From assembly GCA_034780895.1 (NCBI GenBank), contig JAUZTB010000001.1, forward strand, positions 105,695,163-105,759,162: 64,000 nt of DNA. The letters run 5' to 3'. The translations under genes and the position numbers were made by a program. This stretch comes from Rhynchobatus australiae. Lineage: Eukaryota. Of the stretch, positions 50,501-62,500 are shown piece after piece. Each line of letters starts with the position of its first letter. The stretch's first letter is position 1. The notes under the pieces are model-generated. The model did not search any database. It was not told the DNA's origin and worked only from the letters and a program-made list of their open reading frames with translations.

Positions 50501-53500
50501 GTTCAAATGAGATGTGCGGGGCAAGTTTTTCCCCCACACAGAGAGTGGTGGGTACCTGGAATGCGCTGCCAGGAGTCGTAGTGGAGGCAAATACGATCGG
50601 GGCGTTTTAGTGGCTCTTAGATAGGCACATAAGTTCAAAGAATGGAGGGATATGGACAGTGTGTAAGCAGAAGGGATTAGTTTAGTTAGGCATTTAATTG
50701 CTAGTTTAATTAGTTCAGCACAACATTGTGGGCCGAAGGGCCTGTTCCCGTGCTGTCCTGTTCTATGTTTTTGTGGGTAACCAATCCTAATAGCGTCACC
50801 ATTCACAGCCATGGCTACAGCTACATGGGCCCCAAACTCTGGAACTTCCACCCACGGTGCTCTCGGCCACATTACTGCCCTCCTACGTTTAGTTTTGACA
50901 TGAACGAGGAAAGGAGGATGTCTGGGAGAAACTATGCGAAGCGGGTCTGTGGAATGGAAGACTGACAAGGAACAATGAAATGTTAACATGCCAGAAATGA
51001 AGATGAAAACAAGATTCGAATTGGTCTCAACATCGCTGTGACACTTTAGGTATGTTAAGTATTCCTGGGTTAGTTGCCCCTTTGTTCCAGCTACTCTTTG
51101 CTGGAGTAGCTAGAGCAAAGGGGCAACTAATCCAGGAATACGCGACAGTGATAGACCGCAGAGTGAAGCATGGGGAACAAGGTGATAGGAAGTGGGTTGG
51201 GAAATGTGAAGAGCAGCGGGGTGGCGAGTCAACGCACCGGGAAGGGGGACGCATGAACAGGCTGAGAGCGAAGCGGGGCGGGGCACAGAGATAGCGGGCA
51301 GCAGGGAGAAGCAAAGGCAACGGGATGATCCGGAGTGGATCTGGCAAACCCAGTGTGGTCCCGGCAGGGTGCAGCTCATGCGGACTTGAAAGGGACATTG
51401 CAGCACCGAGCTCATCCCGACCTGAAAGGGTGAAGCTCCTGCGGACCTGAAAGGGAGACGGCAGTCTGGAGCTCAGGCGGACCTGAAAGGGCGAAGCTCC
51501 TGCGGACCTGAAAGGGCGACGGCAGGCTGGAGCTCCTGCGGACCTGAAAGGGCGACGGCAGGCTAGAGCTCATGCGGACCTGAAAGGGACAGCAGGCTGG
51601 AGCTCAGGCGGACCTGAAAGGGACAGCAGGCTGGAGCTCCTGCGGACCTGAAAGGGCGAAGGCAGGCTGGAGCTCAGGCGGACCTGAAAGGGACAGCAGG
51701 CTGGAGCTCAGGCGGACCTGAAAGGGCGACGGCAGGCTGGAGCTCAGGCGGACCTGAAAGGGACAGCAGGCTGGAGCTCCTGCGGACCTGAAAGGGCGAA
51801 GCTCCTGCGGACCTGAAAGGACGACGGCAGGCTGGAGCTCCTGCGGACCTGAAAGGGCGAAGGCAGGCTGGAGCTCATGCGGACCTGAAAGGGAGACGGC
51901 CCGGCCGACCGTGTAGGGGGAACCAGCAGCAGGCATGGGCGGAGCGAGGGGAGAGCTGACCCAAGACCGCGCGGCGGCGATCGGGTGACTGGAAGTGGTC
52001 CGTGAAATGTGAAAGAGAGAGAGCGGACCCGGCACGATGAGGCAGAAACGATGCGGATAGAAAGGATTAGTGTAGATAGTACAAGGGCGGCATGGCCGTG
52101 GCGGGCCGAAGGGCCTGTTTCTGCGCTGTGTGCCTGTAACGGGAAAAGGCAGTTTCACACGAAGCAACCAAGTGCCAGAAGAGACAGGGCGGCCAAGACC
52201 TACAGTTTAGCCCAGCAGAATCGATGGCAAATAAGGATATTTAGACATTCGACAGCACAACAAAAAGAAAACAAAACTTTTTAAGATAGTTTGATTCGAA
52301 TATGGTAATGCGGCCCAAAATGTTAATTTTGTTATTTCTGTCCTGATGCAGAGTCTCGACCCAAAGTGTGCTCCTGCACCTTTAATGTCCGCAGATGCTG
52401 CCTGACCCCCTGATCTCTTCTAGCACTTGCAGTCTCTTTAAGGCTTCTAAAATGTTTACGTAATCGGCCAGAAGGCAACAGATCATTACAAATTCGGGTG
52501 TTTCATCCCTGTCATCTCAATTTATTCGGTTTAGAATGTTGTTTGAAAAGAACAAAAATGAAGATTAAAAAAAACTGCAGATGCTGGAAATCTCAGAGGG
52601 ACTTTGATGTGAAACATTAACTCTGTTTTGCTTTTCATAGATGCTGCCTGACCTTTGAGTGATTCCAGAATTTACTCCATGAAAGGAAAAGCTAATTTCA
52701 GTGCACACAAGTCAGCAGCCTTTTCCTAATTAGATTAAATATGATCAAATAACATTTTAAATGTTCGTGACTGTCAGTGTCTCTATTGAGCGCATCATTC
52801 TCTTCGAACTCCTCCGCTCCAGCATTCTTTTGCTTGCCACGTTGAGGCCAGATGCAGGTTGGAGGAACAACACCTCATATCCCGCCTTGGCAGTCTCCAA
52901 CTTAATAGCCTCAACATCGATTTCTCTGACTTCCCCCCCCTCCCNNNNNNNNNNNNNNNNNNNNNNNNNNNNNNNNNNNNNNNNNNNNNNNNNNNNNNNN
53001 NNNNNNNNNNNNNNNNNNNNNNNNNNNNNNNNNNNNNNNNNNNNNNNNNNNNNNNNNNNNNNNNNNNNNNNNNNNNNNNNNNNNNNNNNNNNNNNNNNNN
53101 NNNNNNNNNNNNNNNNNNNNNNNNNNNNNNNNNNNNNNNNNNNNNNNNNNNNNNNNNNNNNNNNNNNNNNNNNNNNNNNNNNNNNNNNNNNNNNNNNNNN
53201 NNNNNNNNNNNNNNNNNNNNNNNNNNNNNNNNGTGCTCCTCCCCCTCCCCCGACCTTCTTATCCTGGCTTCTGCCCTCTTCCTTTCCAGTCCTGATGAAG
53301 GGTCTCAGCCCAAAACGTTGACTGTTTATGTCCCTCCATAGATGCTGCCTGACCTGCTGAATTCCTCCCAGCATTTTGTGCGTGTTGCTGCAGATTACAG
53401 CATCTGCAGAATCTCTTGTGTCTCCAGTGCCTATCTAAGAGCTTCTTAAATGCCCCTATCTTATTTGTCTCCACCTCCACCCCTGGCAGCGCATTCCAGA

Positions 53501-56500
53501 CACCCACCACTGTGTGTGTAAAAAAAAACAACTTGCCCCGCACATCACCTTTGAACTTACCCCCTCTCACCTTCAATGCATGTCCTCTAGTATTAGACAT
53601 TTTGACCCTGGGGAAAAAGCTACCAGCTGTCCTCTGCACAGCTCAGCACAACACAAAAACCAGCCTCCCCTCCATGGACTTGGTCCACACTTCTCGCTGT
53701 CTTGATAAAGCTGCCAACATAATCGAAGACCCCACCCTGGATATTCTCTCTTCTCCCCCATCCCATCAGGCAGAAGATACAAAAGCCTGAACGCATGTAG
53801 CACCAGGCTCAAGGACAGCTTCTATCCCACTGTTATAAGACCATTGAACAGTTCTTTAGGACAATAAGGTGGACTCTTGACCTCATAATCTACCTCGTTA
53901 TGGCTTTGCACCTTATTGTCTGCCAGCAGTGCACTTTCTCTGTAACTTTTGCACTTTATTCTGCAGTCTGTTATTTGCTTTTCCTTTATACTACCTCAAT
54001 CACCGATGTGATGAAATGATCTGTATGGATTGCGTGCAAAACAAAGTTTTTCACTGTACCTTGGTACATGTGACAATAATAAACCAATTCCAATTCATAA
54101 TCTATCAGGTCTCCCCTCAGCCTCTGCCCCTCCAGAGAAAACAACCCAAGTTTGTCCAACCGCAGCATCCTGGTAAACCTTTCCTGCACCCTCTCCAAAC
54201 CCTCCACATCTTTCCTATCCTGGGGCGACCTGAATTGAATGCAATATTCCAGATGTGGCCTAACTAGAGTTTTATAAAACTGCAATATAACTTCTTGTTT
54301 CTTGAACTCAATGCCTTGGCTAATGACAAGCATGCCTTATGCCTTCTTTACCACCTATCAACCTGTGCAGCCACTTTCAGGGAGCTATGGACTAGGACCC
54401 CAACATCCCTCTGCACATCAACACTGTTAAGGGTCTTGCCGTTAACAATACACTGACCCGTTACACTTTAATCTCCCAAGTTACCTTCAGACTTAATTAT
54501 TTAAATGTTCTCTTTGTCAGCTTCTGATTTTCCACCTTATGTGTTGAGCCTATCTTAAAATTGTCCTCTAACTCGATATGCATCTAATCCCATTCGCTTC
54601 TGTGTTTGCTGGCCTAAGTTGATTCCCAGTCCAATAACCTCAGTCTTTAAATGTTCATTCTTGTTTTCAGATTCTTCTGTGACTTTGACCTTAAAGCTAC
54701 ATCCTCAGAAACCTCCAGCAGGTTTGTCAAACATGATTTCCTTTTCATAAATCCATGCTGAACCTGTCTAATCCCAGTGATGTTTACTAAGCATCCCCTC
54801 ACCACATCCTTTATAATAGACTCCAGCATCTTTCCTACTTCCGATGTTTGGCTAACCAGTCTAGAGTTCCTTGGTTTCTCTCTTTTTAAATAGTGGTGTT
54901 ACATTTACACCATCCAACCTGCAGCTCCACAACCTTTAGAAGTTTGGAAGGTGACAATCAGTGCATCCACTGTTTCCATGGCTGCCTCTGATAGTACCTG
55001 GGAATGGAGGTTATCAACCCCAAGATCTTTTATATCTATTGATTTCTCCAGAACATATTTTACTGATTTTCTTTAATTTTAAAGACCATAGGTGTATAAA
55101 GGAATCTTTGGCGGCCAGTCTATTGCCTCCTGAAAGTAGCAACGCAGCCGGACAGAGTGGTAAACAAGGTGATTGGCACGCTTGCCTTCATCAGTTGGGG
55201 CATTGAGTATAAATATTGGCAAGTCATACTGCGGCTGTTTGAACTGTGGTTAGGCCACAGATGTAGTATTGTGTGCAGTTCTGGTTGTCACATTGCAGGA
55301 GGATGTGGAGAGTTTGGAGAGGGCACCGAAGAGGTTGACTAGGATGCTGCCTAAATTAGAGAGTATTAGCTATAAGTAGAGGTTGGACAAACTTGGATTG
55401 TTTTCTCTGGAATGTCAAAGGCTGATCAAAGTATATACAATTATCAAGGGTAGTCAGAATCTTTTTTCCAGGGTGGAAATGTCAAATTTAAGGTGAGAGG
55501 GGGAAAGTTTACCGGAGATTTACAAGGCAAGGTTTTTGTTTATTTGCAGTGATAGGTTCCTGGAACATGGCGCCATGGGGGGTGTTGGAAGCAGATACAA
55601 TAGCATCATTGAAGAGGCATTTAGACAGGAACAAGAACAGGTCAGGAACGGAGGGATCGCGACCATGTGTTGGCAGATGGGATTAGTTTAGTTTCGCACA
55701 ATGATCGTCACAGACATTGAGAGCTAAAGGTCCTGTTTCTATGCTGTTCTCTTTTCATTAGACCCTTGGTTCCCCAACATCTCTGGGAAGTTATTTGTAT
55801 CCTTTACATTTGCTTAATTGTTCTGCCATTTTACTTGTTTCTCATAAATTCTCCTAACTGTAAGGGACCTCTGTTTGTCTTCACTGATCTTTTTCTTTTT
55901 AGACTCTTTACAATCTGCTTTTATGCTGCTTACAAATTTACTTTGAATACTCTATTTTCATATTGTCAATCAATTTCTTAATCCATCTTTGCTGAATTCT
56001 AAACTGCTTCTATTTTGGCATCTTTATAGGACTTCTCTGTGAATCTAATACTGTCCTTAACTTCTTTTGTTAGCCTAGCAAGTTGATGCCATTTTTAAGA
56101 TGGACTTAAGTTTATGTATAGATGGAAAATAGAAGGCCAGGAGAGTGCTGACTTAGTCAAAATATAATGCAAGTACATGAATGTGTCAGCAAAAGATTAG
56201 CTGATTGAGGGGCAGATGCAGGTTATATGGTGAACTAGGTGGTCTTGTGATATGGTGTGATATAACGTCAGATGCTCAGCTCTAGGTTCAATAATAGTCC
56301 ATCAATAGGGGCATGCTCAGATCTCAAAGGTTAGAGTCAATTAATAGTCTGAAGAATCTGCTGACAGTGTCTATTCTCAGATATCATAAATGTTCACTTG
56401 AATGAGTTACTGAGTCATTGTCACCTGTGGACCTACACTCAGGTATGGGTCACCAGGGAGAAGGAAGTGAACAAATAAAAAAATAATATGGAAAACAGGA

Positions 56501-59500
56501 AGAAAAAATATCAATGCTGTAAAGTAACATTCAGAAAATCAAAATACATTCATGTAACTAGAACAATGCGCAACAGAGACATTGTAAAGGTTGTTGCAAT
56601 ATTTTTTCTAGTTTACAATATACTTACATTTTGGATGAAATGATCAACTATTATCATGAAGTTTTGTAGATCGAGGTCAAAGACACTGCCCAGTATATAA
56701 CCAGCTGTTTCCTCAACACTTGCTTCATATTCTGTAAAAGAAAATGATAAATGAAAAACATTGTCTTTAAACTTTACTGTGCACATGAATGGTTTTGTAC
56801 TTTACACTCACCAATGTCATTGTCAGTTGGTGTTCCAACTCTTGGATCATCAGTTACTGTTGATTTTTTAACCTCACTTAAATGTGTGGATATTGTTCTC
56901 TCTTCAGTCTGGTAGTAACTACTTTCCTTAGTTCTTACATCCTGTGATTCCTTCTGTAATTGATTTCCTAATTTACTTTCCACTACAACCTCGGTAGTTG
57001 TTTTCTCTGAATCAGTTATTTTGTCTGACAGGTTCCAGGTCAGTGTTTCCAGCACTTGTCTCTCCGTTATGTCCGAGATGACGTCCTTGGCTCCCTTCTG
57101 CTCCTGCACATGCTTGATCATTTCAACAGATTTTTCAAAAACTTCTGAAATTTGCTTTTTGCTTGTAACTGCAGCGTTTGAAGTGTCACCCGAACTGAAA
57201 GCATCTGCAAAGTAAAGAATTAAATTATTTGTGCCCTCCAGGTATTTGCAAAGATATGATGACAGAGGCGTTCAGATGCTTACCCTCATTTGAACGATCT
57301 AAAAGTTGACAGCAAAAATTCTGGAAAGTATTGTACAGGTACTTTTGTGGTGCGTTACACCATCTGATATAGACACGAATTAAAAATAAATACTGCTTTT
57401 ATTCAGCAATTATGAGGTGAACAATAACTAAAATATACAATTCTTTCTAATTATAATAAAACTGAAAAGAAGGTGACCATGAATAAAATATCAAATGTTA
57501 CAACTGTTATAGTTTGTCACCCTGAACCACTTAATGTGACTTTTGAGGCTTTGAGAGTTACTGTGTGTTGCCTTCACTCTTTAGTTTTTTTTGTTTTAAT
57601 TTTCCTTTGCGATATTTGTTTTGTTGCTACAGGCTTTATAAGGAAGTTCAGTTGACATAACTATGTAAGAAGGTACACAGAAATAGAAGGCATTCAGCCT
57701 CACGAGCTTGTCCTCCCATTCAGTTTCATCCAGGATGATACAAGGTGCAGATTGTGCCCTTGGCTTGAAAACCTGCACAACTTGACTGGGAATTTCAGCA
57801 CAGATGTTGGAGGCTTTACAGGATTTTCCACTATACTCAAACCTGAATTCCCATAAACAACGCTGATGAATAAATTTTGGTACTAATCAAAGCACAAGTG
57901 ATCAAGACACTACATTTATGTTCTGTAGATCCTGGATTATCTATAAGGCTGCAAGTTACAAGTTAAAATTTTGCATAGTCTATTGACCATTACAACTCGC
58001 CTTTTGTTCTCTCTGCCTATCCTTCCTTTCTCCACAACCAATTTTTTTTTAATCTCCAACTTTTCTCATTGTTATGAAAAGTCATTGACCTGAACCTATT
58101 ATCGTTTCTCTCATCATGTTACCCAACCTGCATTTAATGTTCTTTTTCAGATTTCTAGCATCCGCAGCATTTTGCTTTTGGGTAATCTACTTCTGGATTT
58201 TCGGCAGTTTCACTACCCGACCTACCAACAGAACGACGTGGCCTTTTCTGGCTTACCCGCCACTTCAATAGGAAAGGATTGTCCTCCGTCTGACTTTTTT
58301 TTATAGAGATATGGCCAAAACAGTGAAACCAGGTCTCACTGCTGCACATCTGTTGCAATGCGTTATGCTTCCTTTGAATTTGAAATGTTCCTTATATCTG
58401 AACTTCCTGAATATTTAAAATGCCAAATACTCTGTTCCTTTAAGATTATGTTAAGTCATCTCCTTCCCCACATTTAGCTGTATGATGAAAACTTCAGTTT
58501 CAATTGCCAGCTTTTGCAGGGTGAGCAGACCTTGACTGAAATGGCAATGAAGGCATTTCTTGTCTTCAAGCCTCTGCAGTAGAGTAGCGGAAATTTTCCT
58601 GGTCTCGATCAACACTTATGTAGCACATAAGTGGTTGATAATGTGAGAACAGGATTATATTTAGCTGCGATTATCTTATATTTGACTACCTTCATTCATA
58701 GTTTGGGATCTTACATGAAGGATAGTCTGTGGTAACTGTAGAACCACAGCCAGCAGGAGTCACAATGTTAGACTGGAAGAAAATACATTAAATTCAATGC
58801 CAATGTCTTTGATAATTATGGTTCTTGAACAAATGACAGCTGAGTTGCACACCAGTCGTGTACATTGTTGTTCTATACCTTTAAACTGGCAAGTGAATTA
58901 ATTAGAGAATGCCTGATATGAAAGATTGGAAAAAAATAATCACTGTTGCATGAAGAGGGGTCTTCTGATACTGGGTTATTAGAGTTAAGGCACATTGTTT
59001 GGAATGCTGTAGGTCACTGTTAAACCTGACCCAGAACTGATGCTACCATTGTGTACAAGTTTTCCATTTCAAATGATAAACCATCACAACTAATAGATAC
59101 AAAATAGAAATCAAAAACATATTAAAAAAGAGTGGTTGTTCTTGTCTTTTAAAAGATGCAAAATGTACTATTCCCATGAAGTCAACTCCCAATCCTTTTG
59201 ATCATACCTGATTTAGTGACATTTGAGGTGCATTTTCATTTTGGTGGCAGAAATATCTTGTAGCTTTTGTAACATTTCTATATGTTCCCTTGCTTTCACC
59301 TTATGTTCAATGTTTACTTCATTCTTGTCATATTAGAGGTCTTTCTTTTGTTAGACACCTCTTTAAAAAGTTTACTTTATGCAGAATATCATTTAAACCT
59401 TTACAATAAAACTCCAATAATCTGGTATCCAATTATTCAGAAATCCTGACGGTTTGGAATCTGGCTCATCAGATTTTGTTTTCTATATTCCTTTTGAAAA

Positions 59501-62500
59501 TCAGTGGAGTCCCTTTTGCCGTGCTCCCGTTATACTCACCAGGGTCCTATTTTCCATACTTGCTTTGAACTCCCTGCAATCCCATTTCTCACATTCCCTT
59601 CAAACTAAAGAGGGCCCTGGTTCCACACTCACTTTAAACTCACCACATCCCCATTTCCTGCACTCCTTTTAAAGTTACTGAGTTCACTGGAAAAATTATT
59701 AAACTGCTGTGTATTATTTAAAAAAAAATATGAATGAAAAGGGTGTTGGGGTATCAATAGCAGTAATACCTAATTGCTCAAAGGATCTGCTGGTCAGTCA
59801 CCAAAGTCCCAAGGGTGGCAGATTATCGGAGTTTTATCGTAATCTTTTCTCATTCTCTAGATTCTCAAGAGTCTCTTCCAATTGTATGAGCCTGACTTTT
59901 TTTGAAAGCATCTTTCCAAAGACTGTAGCTGTGCAGATATCATATGTTTTCTCAAAAAGTCATGATCGTTAAGGAGGTGTGTACCGTCAACAGATGTACA
60001 TTTTACTCTGAACCTCTTAAGCTGGATTTTCACTTAGCCTAGAAGTGACCCTATTCCCTGAAACACAGAAGTACTGTCTTGGCAATCACTGGATTCTATA
60101 CCTTTTGATGTCAGTGATTCTTCTTCAGTGCCACTTTCAGGTTGACTTGTAGAAATGGTTCCATGTATATCTTCAGCAGTGGCATCTGGACTGGTATCAA
60201 CTTCTGCACTTTGTCTGCTTGCCTCTTTCCTTTCGTGAACAGAAGTCATTATCAGCTGTCCAGAATTACTTTGTGTTTCATCCTTCTGTAAGTTTGCAGA
60301 AGTGGATTCAATGGACAACTGTGTTGTTCCTTCATTGCTCATGTTATCAGCTTCTGCATAGTCATCATTTACTTTATATTTTGTTTCTTTGATGACATGC
60401 TGTGGTTTAATTTTAGTATTAGTGTCTTGGCGTTTACTAGAAAGTACTGCAGGTGGATTCGCATCCTCAGAAGGCAATGAATTCAAATGTTCTACCATAG
60501 CTTCAGTTTCCAGAGAATTATGCACCTTGTTACTTTTCTCAGTGCTTGTGGGAGTGACACTGATGAGAGATGCAGTTGTTCCTTCCTCTGATGAATCTAC
60601 TGTGGAATCTAAGTCAACAAATTCATTTTCTGATTCCAAATATACCCCTTTATCTTCCATAATGTTTTGTCGATAGGAAGAGTTTTCTTTGTCATTATAT
60701 GAAACTGTTCTCTCTTCAGGCTGTGAACTTGATACATGATGTGGTAAAGTTTGTTCTCCGTTGTGAGTTCTGTCCTTCTCCAAGGATTCCGCATTTTCTG
60801 TTACAGTGTGCTTTCCTGATTTAAAATCTGACATTATACATTGTTTCTGTAAAACATAGTCTTTGTCATTAAACATTTCCTTCACCAGAAATTTGCTCTT
60901 ATCTGAGATGGCATGTATCAAAACATTTGTCTGGAGAATATCTTCATTAACATGCAAATTTTCAGAAAAAGTGTCTTCCCCTTGTTCTGAAGTAGCAAGC
61001 CACTTAGGTTCTGAATTAGAAGTTGCCTGTTTTACTTGCAAGTTTTGTTCATCACGCATTTTCAGTGAAAAGGGCTTTTCAGCATCTGCAACAAGCTCAT
61101 TAGTTGCTGATTTTAAGAGTTGACATTCTTTTGTGACAGATTCTTCTCCGTGCAAGCATTCACTATGATCTGAAGGATGCTGATTGGATTCAGAATCTAA
61201 TGTTAAAGTTTGGTGCTGCAAGGCATTTCTGTCACCAGATGTTTCTTCCTTTGACAGATCCCTAGTATGATCTGAAACCTGCTGCACAGTTTGTATCTGC
61301 CATGTTTCATCATACAATTGTTTCTCTAGTGAAGGATCATTGACATTTGTAGCTATGACCCCTTTATCATTCCTATTTAGTTGAGGCATTTCTTGTTTTT
61401 TATCCTTCTCAGACAACAAATTATAATGGTCTGAAGTTTGCTCTTTTGCTGAGCTTAAATCTGNNNNNNNNNNNNNNNNNNNNNNNNNNNNNNNNNNNNN
61501 NNNNNNNNNNNNNNNNNNNNNNNNNNNNNNNNNNNNNNNNNNNNATTCAAAACTGAAGTTTTGCTGTTCATTATCAGTTTGTGTCTGGGGTAAAAGCTTG
61601 TTGTTACCTGAAGCATCAAGCTGTTCAACTTCCAAGGCTGGTATAATATCTTCCTGTTGTGAGGTTTGTTGCTTACGGTGTAATTTTTCCTCTGCCCGAT
61701 GCTGATCATTATCTGTAATAGGATTCTGTTGTAGGTCTGAATTTATTACCTGTTCTTGTGAGAACTCTTTTACATCTGGCAACTCATTCACTGACATAGG
61801 ATCAGTGGCATTTGAAGCAAGTTGTTCTGATTTCGGTCTGGATACTAAATTATCTTGTGAAACATCACCTTCAACTTGCAATTTATCCCACACTGAATGG
61901 TCTGCATTACCTGCCATCGTAAGAAGTGCAGTTTCTGAACCTGGTTCTTTATTAGATGCCCATTTGGACTGCATTGTTAAACGTTGTTCTTCTTCAGAAA
62001 AACTTTCTGGTGCTAAAGCATCATGTTTACTCACGATAGTAATCTGTTGCACTTCTGAGGTTAGGTGCAAAACCTCCTGTTCACCATGTAGTTTTTCTCC
62101 AGAATGTAGATTTTCATACGGCACAGTCTTTGTATCATCTGAAATATGTTGCTTAATTTCTGAAGTATACATCAAATGTCCTTGCAAACTTTCATCTTTA
62201 TGGAGACTTTCCTGTGTTAATGCTTTATTATGACCCAAGAAATCTGAGTCTGGTATTAAATTTTTCTCTTGTGATTCCTGAACACCTTGTAACTTTGATG
62301 TTTTGCCATCAAAACTGTTTTTTAACCCATTCATAGAAAGTCTTGATTGTGCACTTTCACTCTTTGTTTCCCTATATTCCTTCTCAGATTGCTGTAAGTA
62401 TTCAGACTGACAGGTGACATCATTCTCCACCATATTTAGACATTGTTTTGGTGACTGAATTGTGTCTTCATTTATTAATGAACCAGTAATCGATGCAACT

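Noticed and set aside
51372-51900. Minisatellite as a CRISPR array, hammerhead array or repeat-protein gene
   Set aside because: Vertebrate intron with no unique spacers or cas genes; CTGAAAG does not fit CUGANGA and no GAAA box follows a stem; mixed 25/34/36-bp units break any reading frame.
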